A stretch of 64,000 nt of DNA from a virus (Duplodnaviria; Heunggongvirae; Uroviricota; Caudoviricetes): positions 96,466-160,465 of IMG/VR virus record IMGVR_UViG_3300035520_000350; one strand, 5' to 3'. Every line of letters begins with the position of its first letter. Position 1 is the first letter of the stretch. The notes under the pieces are model-generated. The model had not been told where the DNA came from and did not search any database. It saw nothing but the letters and a program-made list of their open reading frames with translations. Shown here piece after piece: positions 30,070 through 40,838 of the stretch. A program made the position numbers and the translations under genes.

Positions 30070-30780
30070 ATGGTAAAGAACATATTGCCGGGCTCGGTAT
30101 CAACAGGAGACTCTATGTCTCCTTTGATACCTTTTGATATGATTGTTGATACTGATGTGGGTCTATTAAGTCTTATCTTTAAGTCTTATATGGACCCTAA
30201 GATATTCAACAAGAGTTTCTTTGTTGGGAAGACAGTAAACGAGTTGGTACATGTTTTATATGATAGGAGTATGAGAAACCCATTGTATTTATGTGTCAAC
30301 GACGATTATACAAATTCTTGTGACAGTCTATATAATGAGTTTATGGAAACAAAGTATTCAGAGATATTGAATCTATCAGTGATTACTGAGTTCTATAGAC
30401 TAGTAGGGGCTTTTAACAATGAGTCTGATATAAGAACAACTATAGTCTGTAAAAGACAAGAAGAGATAGACCTCTTAAAGCGGTATCATAATACTGAACG
30501 TGCTAAGTTTGTTTTATCTAGTACTATGTCTGAAACAGATATTAAGAAACACAATCAGTTTTACTTTAAGGATGTAGAAGATGCTACACCTTATGCAACG
30601 CTTTTAAAAGGTAAGACTATTTACTTTGCTAACTATGGGTTTAATAGAAACGAAATGGGTGATCTTGTAGATAACCCTATAGTTCCTGTACTCAATGCTA
30701 GTAATGTAATAAACCTCATTGAGGTATATAAGTTCAAGAAGAAAGAAGAGGAGGACGAGGAAGATGACAGTAACAACTGA
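30070..30780 (+). CDS. HAD-like protein
   Basis: LIPFDMIVDTD resembles HAD motif I. Confidence 0.35.
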   Translation: MVKNILPGSVSTGDSMSPLIPFDMIVDTDVGLLSLIFKSYMDPKIFNKSFFVGKTVNELVHVLYDRSMRNPLYLCVNDDYTNSCDSLYNEFMETKYSEILNLSVITEFYRLVGAFNNESDIRTTIVCKRQEEIDLLKRYHNTERAKFVLSSTMSETDIKKHNQFYFKDVEDATPYATLLKGKTIYFANYGFNRNEMGDLVDNPIVPVLNASNVINLIEVYKFKKKEEEDEEDDSNN

Positions 30781-32581
30781 AGACTTGGAACGACTTAATT
30801 CTCTTGCTATGCCTAAGCTCGAATGCATTAACGAGACTACAAGTATTAACACAAACCGGGACAATGTCGTATCAGAAGAGAAGTTACAGAATATCTATCT
30901 CAAGACGTTAAGAACGATCGCCGGGTACTTGGCGAACACATTTGGTCCTATGGGATCAAACACGAAGCTTATTCGTGGAAACAATGCTGAGACAGTAGTG
31001 TCTGAGTATACAAAGGATGGACATAAGGTACTTAAACATATCTTATTCTCGAATCCAATTGAGATGTCAATCCAGGCTGAGATGGTTGATATTACTCACC
31101 ATGTAGAGATGGAAGTAGGAGATGGTACAACATCTGCTGTTATCTTATCTTCTAAGATATATGAGTATCTTGTAGCTCTTATGGAAGAGAAGACTTATCA
31201 GCCATACCAGATCATCTATGCTTTCAAGAATGCGGTATCACACATTCAGGAGTTGATTCTTTCTAAAGGAACTACTCCTACTCTTGATGATATCTATGAT
31301 ATTTGCTTTACCTCTACAAATGGTAATAAGGAGATCTCGCACAATATCAAGAGTATCTACGAGCAGTATGGACTTGATGTACAGATTGATGTTTCAATCA
31401 GTACAACAAAAGAGAATATGATCAAAGTGTACGATGGTCTTACGGTTACAGAGGGATACTCTGATCCGGCATACATCAACAACAGAAAAAATGCTACCGC
31501 TGAGATTCACAATCCGAACATCTATGCTTTCCTTGATCCGGTAGATACAATGGACATGATTTCATTGTTTGAAAAGATCATTATGGAAAATATTATCGAA
31601 CCAATTCAAACCGGAGAACAGTGTGTTCCAACAGTAATCATCTCTCCGAAGATGAGCCGGGATATGAGTTCCTTGATGCAGACAGTAGTAGAGATGATGC
31701 ATCAGGCTGCTGACAATCAGAAACCACCGCTTCTTGTAATCACTGATATCAGTGGATCTGACGAGGGTATCTATCTTGATATTGCTCGTTTATGCGGTTG
31801 CAAGTATATCCGGAAGTATATCGATCCGGAGATCAAGAAAGCTGATGAAGCTAAGGGATTAGCAGCTAGTATTGAGAATGTCTGCAGCTTTGCAGGACAT
31901 GCAGAGCTGGTAGTATCTGACATTGGCAAGACCAAGTTTATCAATCCTGCTAAGATGCTTGATGAAGAGGGTAATCCATCAGCAGACTATACCTCTCTGA
32001 TTAACTATCTCCAGTCAGAACTTGACAATGCAAGAGCAAATGGAGAAGATTCAAGATCAGTCGGTAATATCCGTAAGAGATTACGTTCTTTGAAAGCTAA
32101 TATGGTTGAGTTTCTCGTTGGTGGTATTACTATCGCTGACAGAGATGCAGACCGGGATCTGGTTATTGATGCAGTAAAGAACTGTGCTTCCGCTATTGAG
32201 AATGGTGTAGGAAGAGCAGCTAACTTTGAAGGCTTTATTGCCTCTGCTGAGTATGCAGCTAAATTGCTTCCAGAAGGATACAGTAGCGATCATAAGTATT
32301 CTCTTGCCGAGAAGATCGCTCTTATTATCTTCCATTCATATGAGGAGACTCTTGAGATTCTCTTTGATACATCAACGGCTGATCTATCATCGGATCAGAT
32401 CATTAAGGAGTGTATTTTCTATGACGCTCCAATGAATCTCCGGACCAATTCATATGATGGATCAGTAAAGTCTTCCATCATGTCAGATGTGAAGATCCTG
32501 GAGGCTATTTCAAAGCTCATTACAATTATGGGTACGTCCAATCAGTGTTTACTTCAGGCGCCACAACTCAATACCTACTAA
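30764..32581 (+). CDS. GroEL-like phage chaperonin
   Basis: TFGPMG, TKDGHKV, VGDGTTSA, VGG...DAV motifs; start moved to ATG 30764 after GAGG. Confidence 0.9.
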   Translation: MTVTTEDLERLNSLAMPKLECINETTSINTNRDNVVSEEKLQNIYLKTLRTIAGYLANTFGPMGSNTKLIRGNNAETVVSEYTKDGHKVLKHILFSNPIEMSIQAEMVDITHHVEMEVGDGTTSAVILSSKIYEYLVALMEEKTYQPYQIIYAFKNAVSHIQELILSKGTTPTLDDIYDICFTSTNGNKEISHNIKSIYEQYGLDVQIDVSISTTKENMIKVYDGLTVTEGYSDPAYINNRKNATAEIHNPNIYAFLDPVDTMDMISLFEKIIMENIIEPIQTGEQCVPTVIISPKMSRDMSSLMQTVVEMMHQAADNQKPPLLVITDISGSDEGIYLDIARLCGCKYIRKYIDPEIKKADEAKGLAASIENVCSFAGHAELVVSDIGKTKFINPAKMLDEEGNPSADYTSLINYLQSELDNARANGEDSRSVGNIRKRLRSLKANMVEFLVGGITIADRDADRDLVIDAVKNCASAIENGVGRAANFEGFIASAEYAAKLLPEGYSSDHKYSLAEKIALIIFHSYEETLEILFDTSTADLSSDQIIKECIFYDAPMNLRTNSYDGSVKSSIMSDVKILEAISKLITIMGTSNQCLLQAPQLNTY

Positions 32582-32697
32582 TCGTAGGAGTTGTTTGTCA
32601 TATTTTAATTCCTTTCCTAAGACGAAGTACTGCGGGAGAAATCCCGCAGTATCTAGTCAACTCAGGAGTAATATCTTTTTGAAAGGAGACAAAGCAA

Positions 32698-33486
32698 ATG
32701 ACATTTGATGAGTACATTACGAATCCTATGGGAAAAAGTAATGCAGTTTTGTCTGCGGCAGTAAGAGAGGCTCAGAGGAAGATATATTCCACTAAGTTTA
32801 ATAACGTACTGCTAAGAGAAAATGGGCGTATAGATTACTATATGTATAAGGGGAAGGATGGTTCATACTGGATTCACATTAAGGTTCCATCTGAGGTAGT
32901 TAATAACTTCTACTACGACGTAGTAATGAAGTTTACTGCTTCTGCTGGTATAGCCGCATCAGCAGCTAAGTTAGATAAGTATCAAGTGGAGTTCTATTCT
33001 AATGATCCTGCTTTTGTATATACGTATGCTTATGTATTTCTTAGAAAGGGTCTATTCATTAAGGAATTGGCTTCAAAGATGTCTAAGAAAGCATTAAGAA
33101 CACCGGCTAAGGAGAAGAACCCAGAGAACTCTGTTGGCTATGTAAAGAGTTTATACTTCGCTTACTTATTCATGGTCAATAGAGATCTTTTCAGTAAGAT
33201 CAAGTATGTAGGTGCTCCTGATCTTGATAAGAGAACTTTATTATCTCGAATTGAGGATGCAGATATTAAGGTTCAGAAACGTCAAGATGAAGGAGAGAAG
33301 ATCTCAAAGAAGAAACAAGATACTCTATCTAAGAGTGATTATAACAAACTCAAAGCTAGTGGAGCATCTGATGAATCTTTAAGTGGAGTCAAAGTGGCGA
33401 CAACAAAGAAAGTAGGAGTGGTAAAGAATACTGCTCTTAATAGGAGTAAAACAAGCAATAGGACAAAATCCGTAAAAAGGTTCTAA
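32698..33486 (+). CDS. Hypothetical protein with a basic C-terminus
   Basis: 262-aa ORF with GAAAGGAG RBS. Confidence 0.7.
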   Translation: MTFDEYITNPMGKSNAVLSAAVREAQRKIYSTKFNNVLLRENGRIDYYMYKGKDGSYWIHIKVPSEVVNNFYYDVVMKFTASAGIAASAAKLDKYQVEFYSNDPAFVYTYAYVFLRKGLFIKELASKMSKKALRTPAKEKNPENSVGYVKSLYFAYLFMVNRDLFSKIKYVGAPDLDKRTLLSRIEDADIKVQKRQDEGEKISKKKQDTLSKSDYNKLKASGASDESLSGVKVATTKKVGVVKNTALNRSKTSNRTKSVKRF

Positions 33487-33532
33487 GGTTATAAACTATA
33501 TTGTTGAATCTTGGAAGGGAGGATGTTACGAC

Positions 33533-35497
33533 ATGCAACCAATTAATATCATTAAGGATGATCAGCCATATCAGAAACCACCGTTTATAGACGATTGGGT
33601 TCCTGAGATTGAGTCTGATATTATATTCAGGAACGTTAAGCGCTATTTCATAGCGCCAGTGTCTTCTTTTTGGAAGACGGAACAGAGTGTCGGATTAGAT
33701 ATGTTTGATCTGGCAACAAAGAAGTGTTACAACTCTCAGGAAATGAGAGAGCATATGTGTCATTATCTCAATTACTTTGAGAAGTTTTATGACAAAGATA
33801 AGGAATATCTTACTATACTCTGTCGTATCAAGTTCATGATAGGATATGGTAACGGTTATAACAAGAATAGTTTTATATACGATATAAGACGGTACATATT
33901 ATCTGAAACATTAGTATCTAAGGTTACTTTAATGGTCGAGGATAATTATCGTCTTACATTGAACTATAAGTCTATCAACAATCCGGCATTACAATACACA
34001 GATCAACATGCTAAGATGCTTATGCTTATGAGTATGCTGATGAATATGTGTATTCCGATGCTTACACATTTTGCCTATGTAAACAAGATTACAGATATTG
34101 ATAGCTTCTTGCTTGAAATATATGATTACATCATCTATATCGATCCTTCTGTGGATATCTATAGCAAGATGTATGAAACTTGTATTACGAATGTATCTAA
34201 GAATGAGCAGAGGAACAAAGGCTTATGGATGAAGCAGGATATTAGAGGATTAGACACTGTAATCCATAGTGATAACTCCTTAGACAATATTGTGCTTAAT
34301 ATCATGCCTAAGTATACATTTAGACAGAATGTGATCAACTTCAACTTTACTTCTATCAACAACAACACTGGTTTCCAGGTTATTGATATAGAGTATGAGT
34401 TTTCATATATCCCACTCTCTAGTTCTAAGAGAGATGAGGATAGCACAAGTGAGTTCGATTAAGAATGAGTCGCATAGCAAAGTGGTGACACAGCTATGAA
34501 AACCTATCTAAAACTGGGAGAGCTTACACTATAAGTGTATGACAATCAGTTACGAAGATCTGTAGTGATACAGATAAGTGTTCAACGACTATCCAAAGGT
34601 AGACACCCACATTTATGAGAAATCATATGAATACTAGCACTAACACTCACGGTGCAATATTAGTAGGTGGATTGAATATAAGGTATAGAGATATACACGA
34701 ACTGAGTAGAGTAGAACCTAAGTTATTGAGGTTGGTAATGAAGTGAGATTAGCTTCATGTAATATCCATTAAATCGAAACGGTAGGGTTACTCGTATTAT
34801 GGTAAAAGTAATACGAGAATATGAGATAGTCTCGCCATATAGGTAATACCTATAGAAGTTCATAAGAGAACTGTACTAGAGATAGCTATCTAGTATGAAG
34901 AGAGCGAAATTCGAAGCGACATTGACCAAACAGAATGAACAGATCTATCTCCAGAACAAGGTTAACTGCTTTGGAACTAATGAAGTTATAGATTCTGTCT
35001 ATGGTCCATTTGATAACAATGAGGTTAACTTCTATCTTCATGAGTTATCTGATGATTCTGGTAACTGTATCAATGGATTCCAGAAGCAACTTATCTTCAA
35101 TATCTTCTATAAGTATTTTGGAGATAGTAGCAGTATCAACGCTATTAATAAGGTAGATTACATCAAGCTTATGATAGCAGCAAGAAAGATTCTACAGAGC
35201 CAATATATGATAGTCTTACCTTATATTGTTTCATCTAAGGTAGAAAAGTTGGTTGGTAGAAAGACAGTAAACAAAAAGGAAATGACCAAGCTTGAATCAT
35301 CTAAGTATTATCCAATGGTGGTCAAGAAGTATCAAAACGAAAAGATTATAAGACAAATCTTATCTACTATAGCAACCATCATCTCCAGTGATTTCAGGAT
35401 TGTAGATTTCAAAGATCTCAGCCTGAATGGTAGATTGATAGAAACTGTTCCGGATATGATTATCGAAGAATACTTGATGTATACTTTACTAATATAA
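33533..35497 (+). CDS. Spliced protein (exons 33533-34459 and 34907-35497; 505 aa), probably the non-virion RNAP promoter-specificity subunit (AR9 gp226 / phiKZ gp68-like)
   Basis: Junction DEDSTSEFD-KFEATL is in frame. The functional call rests on size and on lying two genes from the chaperonin, as gp226 does from gp228 in AR9 (recalled); no alignment was run. Confidence 0.55.
34460..34906 (+). mobile_element. Group I intron 2 (ORF-less)
   Basis: P AAACTGGGAG, Q AATCAGTTAC, R TTCAACGACTA, S GAGATAGTC; U/G junctions; three P9 hairpins. Confidence 0.85.
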
Positions 35498-35564
35498 AAA
35501 AGAATGTATAGTGGGAGATAGCAACTCTATCTCCCACTTACGTTTGTTACAAAGGAGAAAGATT

Positions 35565-35939
35565 ATGGCACCAATATTTGAAGTTTTCTGTAAGTTATAT
35601 TCACTGTTTTTGATAGTTATAGTTGTATACAAAGTATACCACAACATAACTAAGAAGCATATGAACTTAAACTTCTTGTGGAGAATAGGAGTAGTATATA
35701 CTGCTTTAGGTGCAATATTTGGATTCTTGCAGATAGGAGACCTCTTATTTAACTCTATAATGAGGAAATCGATCACAGGATCAGAGTTTGCAATACAAGT
35801 AGTTTTATTCTTAGCAATAGGATACTTGACTGTAGCTGAGTACATAGTAGTAGAAGTACTTATAAGTATTGAGAAAGAAAGGAGAAGAAATGAAGAAAAG
35901 AAAGGACAGAAGAAACCTTGTATTAAAGGTAAGCGATAA
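35565..35939 (+). CDS. Small multi-TM membrane protein
   Basis: Three hydrophobic segments and a basic tail; ATG after AAAGGAG. Confidence 0.6.
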   Translation: MAPIFEVFCKLYSLFLIVIVVYKVYHNITKKHMNLNFLWRIGVVYTALGAIFGFLQIGDLLFNSIMRKSITGSEFAIQVVLFLAIGYLTVAEYIVVEVLISIEKERRRNEEKKGQKKPCIKGKR

Positions 35940-36132
35940 GTTAGATATCGTTATAGTGGTTTTGTTTGTAATCCTTTTAGTAGCAGGATCTATCTTGGAT
36001 AGAACCAAGTATGAGAACATAGCTGGTGTTATACTTATGGTATTAGCAGTATTCGCTGTTATCTATATCATATCAGCAGTAGTAATGCTAATACAAATTA
36101 TAAGGTATTCTAAACACAATAAAGATAAGTAA
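35890..36132 (+). CDS. Small 2-TM membrane protein
   Basis: Basic N-terminus and two hydrophobic segments. Confidence 0.6.
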   Translation: MKKRKDRRNLVLKVSDKLDIVIVVLFVILLVAGSILDRTKYENIAGVILMVLAVFAVIYIISAVVMLIQIIRYSKHNKDK

Positions 36133-36146
36133 AGGAATATGACATC

Positions 36147-37220
36147 ATGAAGAATCAGAAGAACCAAGCAACACGTATGTTTAGTGAGAACTTTAAGAAT
36201 TTCTTACTGAGCGGTATACCAACAGCAAAAGTGGTATCAGGAGGAAGTCATGTAGCATGTAGATGTTTTGAATGTGGAGATTCTAAGAAGGATTCTAGAT
36301 CTAAGCATCTTTACATCAGTATGCCTACTGACAATGATCCACCGTTATACTATTGTCATCTATGTAACTGCTCTGGTGTAGTGACATATAGAAAGTTGAT
36401 AGATTGGGGTATATATGATCCCGATATAGCAACAGATTTGTTAAGTCACTATATAGGAGTAGGTAATTCTTCTAAGGTTAGAAGTATTGGTAAAGATAAG
36501 GTCTATTACTTAAGGAATGATTATATGTATGACGACTATAGATCACACCTTAAGATGACTTATATCAACAATCGTTTAGGTACTAATCTTCAACCAGAAG
36601 ACTTTATGAGACTTAAGGTAGTCATGAATTTACATGACATATTGGAAATAAACAATATAACTACCTATACAAGAGAAATTTCTATAGTCAATGACTTGGA
36701 TAGAGCATTTGTAGGCTTCTTATCATTGGATAACGGATTTATTATATTCCGTAAACTGGATGATGAGTTAGTCTACAAATCAATAGACCATAGATATGTG
36801 AACTATAGAATCTTTGATAAGGAAGAAACTAGTCAAAGGTTCTATGTAGTTCCACAGGCAGTAGATTTACTTTCTCCTTATAGAATTAAGCTTCATATAG
36901 CAGAAGGCGTATTTGATATACTCTCTATATATCTTAACGTGAGAAAGCAAGAACCTGGTATATACTCTACTGTATGTGGATCTAACTACTCATCCATTAT
37001 ATCTTACTTCATGATAGAGAAGCAGATTCCTAATCTGGAGATACATCTATATCCAGATAATGATCAGCCTAATAAGAAGATGAAGGATATAGTAGATAAG
37101 TTTAATCCATATCAAGTCCCTATCTATATCCATAGAAATATCTCACCTCATGAGAAGGATTTTGGAGTATCATCAGATAGAATAGTAGAAGTAGTAGAGA
37201 AAGCTAATATTTGGATATAA
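36147..37220 (+). CDS. DNA primase (Zn-binding plus TOPRIM)
   Basis: CFECGD...YYCHLC Zn finger; IAEGVFD and YPDND TOPRIM motifs. Confidence 0.8.
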   Translation: MKNQKNQATRMFSENFKNFLLSGIPTAKVVSGGSHVACRCFECGDSKKDSRSKHLYISMPTDNDPPLYYCHLCNCSGVVTYRKLIDWGIYDPDIATDLLSHYIGVGNSSKVRSIGKDKVYYLRNDYMYDDYRSHLKMTYINNRLGTNLQPEDFMRLKVVMNLHDILEINNITTYTREISIVNDLDRAFVGFLSLDNGFIIFRKLDDELVYKSIDHRYVNYRIFDKEETSQRFYVVPQAVDLLSPYRIKLHIAEGVFDILSIYLNVRKQEPGIYSTVCGSNYSSIISYFMIEKQIPNLEIHLYPDNDQPNKKMKDIVDKFNPYQVPIYIHRNISPHEKDFGVSSDRIVEVVEKANIWI

Positions 37221-37267
37221 CTCACTTACTTCAACATCACTATAATCTGATGAAAGGAGATGAGTGA

Positions 37268-38491
37268 ATGGGAAAGTTTATAAATACTCAATATAAACAG
37301 ACTGTTGATAGTATATCTTCATTCTCTACAGATCTATTAAACAATAATCTGTACAAGTTCAATGATAAGAAGCCTACCAAAGTTAGATACTGGAATATAA
37401 ATAAAGATATGTCTACTCTTGATCAAGGGTCTAAACTTGCAATGGATGAGATTGGTGATCAATCTCCATTAAGATTCAATCAGATAGATGATTTGTTTAT
37501 GTTTGGTTTGCCTAGAATTGAACTTAATCTTGAGAATGGAGATTACGGTCTTGAAGCAGAAGAGATCTCTGGAGAGTGTTTTATAATGCCAAACATTATA
37601 GAACCTATTCCTGGAGATTTCTTCCAGATAGACTATATACCAGAAGGTTATCTGTTTAAAGTAACTGGAGTAGATAGAGATACTATAGTCACTGGATCTA
37701 CAGTATGGAAGATAGCTTATAAGCTTGATAGAGTAAGTGATACTGAGATAAAGAAGAATGTAGTGAAAGAGTTTATTGCTTTAGATGTACAACAGGGTAC
37801 GAACTATAAATGTATCGTAGAGAAGAAAGAGTACCTTAAAGCAGTAGAATTGGATGAGCTTGGATCTCGTCTTAAGAAGTACTACATCGATTTATTTTTT
37901 AAGGATTCAGTACAGACGTTCATCTACAAGTATCTTAATGAGTCTAATATGTATGATCCATTCTTGATAGAGTTCATGATTAGGAATGGTATACTTATTA
38001 ACTCTAGCTCTAAGTATACTCATGTGGAACATCAGACACCACTGTCTAATACGTTTGCTATAGACTATGATAGAACTTTCTATAAAGCATTTGAAGATAG
38101 ATCTATTAAAGAACTCTCTTCTTCTGTTTATGTATCTCAAGCTAAGTTTATAGATAGTATGATAACAGTTTTTCACTCTATGTTTGATGCTTACTTTGAA
38201 CTTGATTATAAACCTGTAGTCGGTATAGCTCCCGGTCCATTCAATGCTAGAGACTATATAGAAGTATTCCCACAAGATCTTGTGTATGCTATATCTGATA
38301 ACACTGAGATATTTGAAGAGGGTAAACTATATCAGAATATCTTCATCAAGTACTTCAATGGTAAGGATATAGACAAGAAAGACCTTGAAAACATCAACAA
38401 TATCAAGTATGACAACGCAAAAGAGATCTTTTACATGCTTCCATTGATCATTTTTGTATTAGAATACTACACGAAAAAGTTACTAAGTTAA
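37268..38491 (+). CDS. Putative virion structural protein
   Basis: 407-aa ORF behind a late-type promoter; function inferred from context. Confidence 0.5.
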   Translation: MGKFINTQYKQTVDSISSFSTDLLNNNLYKFNDKKPTKVRYWNINKDMSTLDQGSKLAMDEIGDQSPLRFNQIDDLFMFGLPRIELNLENGDYGLEAEEISGECFIMPNIIEPIPGDFFQIDYIPEGYLFKVTGVDRDTIVTGSTVWKIAYKLDRVSDTEIKKNVVKEFIALDVQQGTNYKCIVEKKEYLKAVELDELGSRLKKYYIDLFFKDSVQTFIYKYLNESNMYDPFLIEFMIRNGILINSSSKYTHVEHQTPLSNTFAIDYDRTFYKAFEDRSIKELSSSVYVSQAKFIDSMITVFHSMFDAYFELDYKPVVGIAPGPFNARDYIEVFPQDLVYAISDNTEIFEEGKLYQNIFIKYFNGKDIDKKDLENINNIKYDNAKEIFYMLPLIIFVLEYYTKKLLS

Positions 38492-38565
38492 CATTAGGGT
38501 AAAATCCAGAGGGTTTATAGAACCCTTAGTGGACAATCTTTAAATCCAAAAGGAGGTAAATTGAA

Positions 38566-39225
38566 ATGAGTGATTTTCAGTCCGTTTTTGATAATGCGGG
38601 AGAAGTAGATGATGAATTCGATGCTATGTTCGGCGGAGAAGAAGATGGATCTTTGATCGATAATGTGTGTGGTTTCAACGAAGCCGGTGAATGTGAAACA
38701 GACTTTGATGAGTTACATCAGACGCAGGGTGATGCAGATCCGGATGACATTGCAAATGATCTTCGTGTCGATGATGAGACAGACAATGCACCAAAGGGTG
38801 CTGAAGGATCAGATTCTGATCCGGTAATTGACCTGGCTATGGGTGAGTGCGGCGAATTCAGTGATACCGGTGTTAAGGGTTCTACGGAAGCAGATGACTT
38901 CTATAAGGACTACAACGAGCCGGAAGATACATCTGCATTGACTGGAGAAGGTCCGGATGTTAAGATGGATAACGAGGACATAGAAGGTGAAGCAGATAAG
39001 ATCATTGAGGCAGCCTGTGGTTCAGCTAAAGAGTGTTCCACCAAAGAGGGTGGAGAAACCTCTGATGACGACAATGACATTGATGTGAACGATGATATGG
39101 ACTCGGTTATGGGCAGCATTGACAGCGGTGACGACGATGATCAGACTCCGGTAGGAGAGTCCGGCAATGGATACGAAGAGGGAGATTCCGACCTTATTGA
39201 TCTTGTATCCGGGGATGACGATTAA
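38566..39225 (+). CDS. Highly acidic protein (possible head internal/scaffold protein)
   Basis: D/E-rich; FNEA, IIEA and VGES motifs; late-type promoter. Confidence 0.55.
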   Translation: MSDFQSVFDNAGEVDDEFDAMFGGEEDGSLIDNVCGFNEAGECETDFDELHQTQGDADPDDIANDLRVDDETDNAPKGAEGSDSDPVIDLAMGECGEFSDTGVKGSTEADDFYKDYNEPEDTSALTGEGPDVKMDNEDIEGEADKIIEAACGSAKECSTKEGGETSDDDNDIDVNDDMDSVMGSIDSGDDDDQTPVGESGNGYEEGDSDLIDLVSGDDD

Positions 39226-39248
39226 GATCGGTAGGAGGTAGAATAGTT

Positions 39249-39827
39249 ATGGCACTTGCAGAAACTTATATGTACACTGTTATTCCTCGTAGACCGATTA
39301 AGAACATTGTCAAAGGCAAGGTTATCTTTAAGGCTACAAATCTTTCCTTAACTAAGGAAGAGGTATTACAGTGTATGAAGTACGGCGCTGTATATAGAAA
39401 GTTCTATATGCAATCTGATCCGGAGAGAGTTACTCCGTCCAATCTTGATAGATTGCATAGATCTGAGCATATCAGCGAAGAACAGTATAAAGCTATCTTG
39501 GAGAAGGAAAAGGACACGGTAGTGGGTGCTTCAGAAGAAGTCTCTGGTACTGACGACAATCCTTCTCCTGATAACACAGAGGAGTCTTCTGTTGAAGATA
39601 CTTCTGTAGAAAACGAAGGACCTGCCGATGAAGCTGAAGATGATGACAATACGGATGAAGAGTCTGCATCTCAGGATGATAAAGAAGATACTTCTGTTCA
39701 GAAAGAGTCAGATTCAGATTCTGAGAATGAAGCTGCTGAATCTGTAAAGTCATCTTCTAAGTCTGGAAAAAAGAAAAACCGGAATAAGAAGAACGGTAAT
39801 TCTAACACTGAGAATACTAACAAGTAA
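39249..39827 (+). CDS. Hypothetical protein with an acidic then basic tail
   Basis: 192-aa ORF with GGAGG RBS. Confidence 0.65.
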   Translation: MALAETYMYTVIPRRPIKNIVKGKVIFKATNLSLTKEEVLQCMKYGAVYRKFYMQSDPERVTPSNLDRLHRSEHISEEQYKAILEKEKDTVVGASEEVSGTDDNPSPDNTEESSVEDTSVENEGPADEAEDDDNTDEESASQDDKEDTSVQKESDSDSENEAAESVKSSSKSGKKKNRNKKNGNSNTENTNK

Positions 39828-39906
39828 AAAACAAATAGAAGAAGGGATCGGATGTGGATATTATATCCACATCCGATTATGCTTTGTGCACTAATGAATA
39901 GAAAAA

Positions 39907-40074
39907 TTATGGTGAACGTTTAGAGCGTCTTCGATTCCTTCTACGACTCTCCACTCCGTACGTTGAATGTTCGTCCATCCAATCGTCGTCGTCTTCCTTT
40001 TCACCCCCACATTTACTTAGCATGAAGATCAATTTTTCAAAAATTGACTTACAAACACTAATAATGGTCTTCAT
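39907..40074 (-). CDS. 55-aa small protein with amphipathic N-terminus, DDDD patch and Arg-rich tail
   Basis: GGAGG RBS; MKTIISVCKSIFEKLIFMLSKCGGEKEDDDDWMDEHSTYGVESRRRNRRRSKRSP; absent from the ORF track. Confidence 0.55.
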   Translation of the reverse strand: MKTIISVCKSIFEKLIFMLSKCGGEKEDDDDWMDEHSTYGVESRRRNRRRSKRSP

Positions 40075-40170
40075 CTTAGTATCCCTCCTGTTACTACTTT
40101 TTCTCTGACTTCCCCTTCCACGAGTCAGTCATTAGTACAAGTATATAATATATGACAGAAGGGTTTGTGA

Positions 40171-40779
40171 TTACCGTTCACATACGGTATACAATATCTC
40201 CTCTACTATCTTTCTAGTATTATAGTTCAGATCACCTTTTTCTTCATCTGCATCTTTCTCATACCAATCAAGTATATTACTCTTGAAATGATAAGACATA
40301 GCTTGCCAATCACAAATCATGTGAATAATAGCACCTAAAGTCATCTCTTTAGGATCGTTATTTTTCTGAAATTGATTATTTTCAACTTTCCAGTATTTGG
40401 CATGGTGGTTATTGTTCATGAAGTGATGTTCCCATGCTTTATTGCACATATTCTCTATATGATCCTTATATACTGGATCTGCGTTCATATTATCCTCCTC
40501 TTGCTTAGTTGGATAATACTTAGTTCTATAGGCTGGAAACTCTTCATCACCCATCTTACTTGCATCATGTTGTGATACATCATCTTCTATACTCATTATC
40601 GCTTCTTTCATCTCTTCATTAGAGATACTATCTGTCTCTATCTCATCCATTCTAGAAACAAAGAGATTCTGGTAAGCTTTCCTTACGTTAGCCAGATGAT
40701 CTTCAATATACTCCATGTACTCTTTTTCTTTTTTGACTACTTCTTCCGCTTCATTATACTCTTCTCTCAATACTACCAT
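40171..40779 (-). CDS. HD-like metal-binding protein (DUF5662-like)
   Basis: HDASK, WEHHFMNNNHH and HMICDWQAM motifs. Confidence 0.6.
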   Translation of the reverse strand: MVVLREEYNEAEEVVKKEKEYMEYIEDHLANVRKAYQNLFVSRMDEIETDSISNEEMKEAIMSIEDDVSQHDASKMGDEEFPAYRTKYYPTKQEEDNMNADPVYKDHIENMCNKAWEHHFMNNNHHAKYWKVENNQFQKNNDPKEMTLGAIIHMICDWQAMSYHFKSNILDWYEKDADEEKGDLNYNTRKIVEEILYTVCER

Positions 40780-40838
40780 ATAATATACCTCCTTTGAAAA
40801 TATAAGAGGTGTACATAGTACACCTCTTTATCTACCAG

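Noticed and set aside
39847-39877. Long perfect inverted repeats (also ~26590, ~28905, ~40806, ~54806, ~56197)
   Set aside because: They sit at gene ends next to A/T runs and are ordinary intrinsic terminators.
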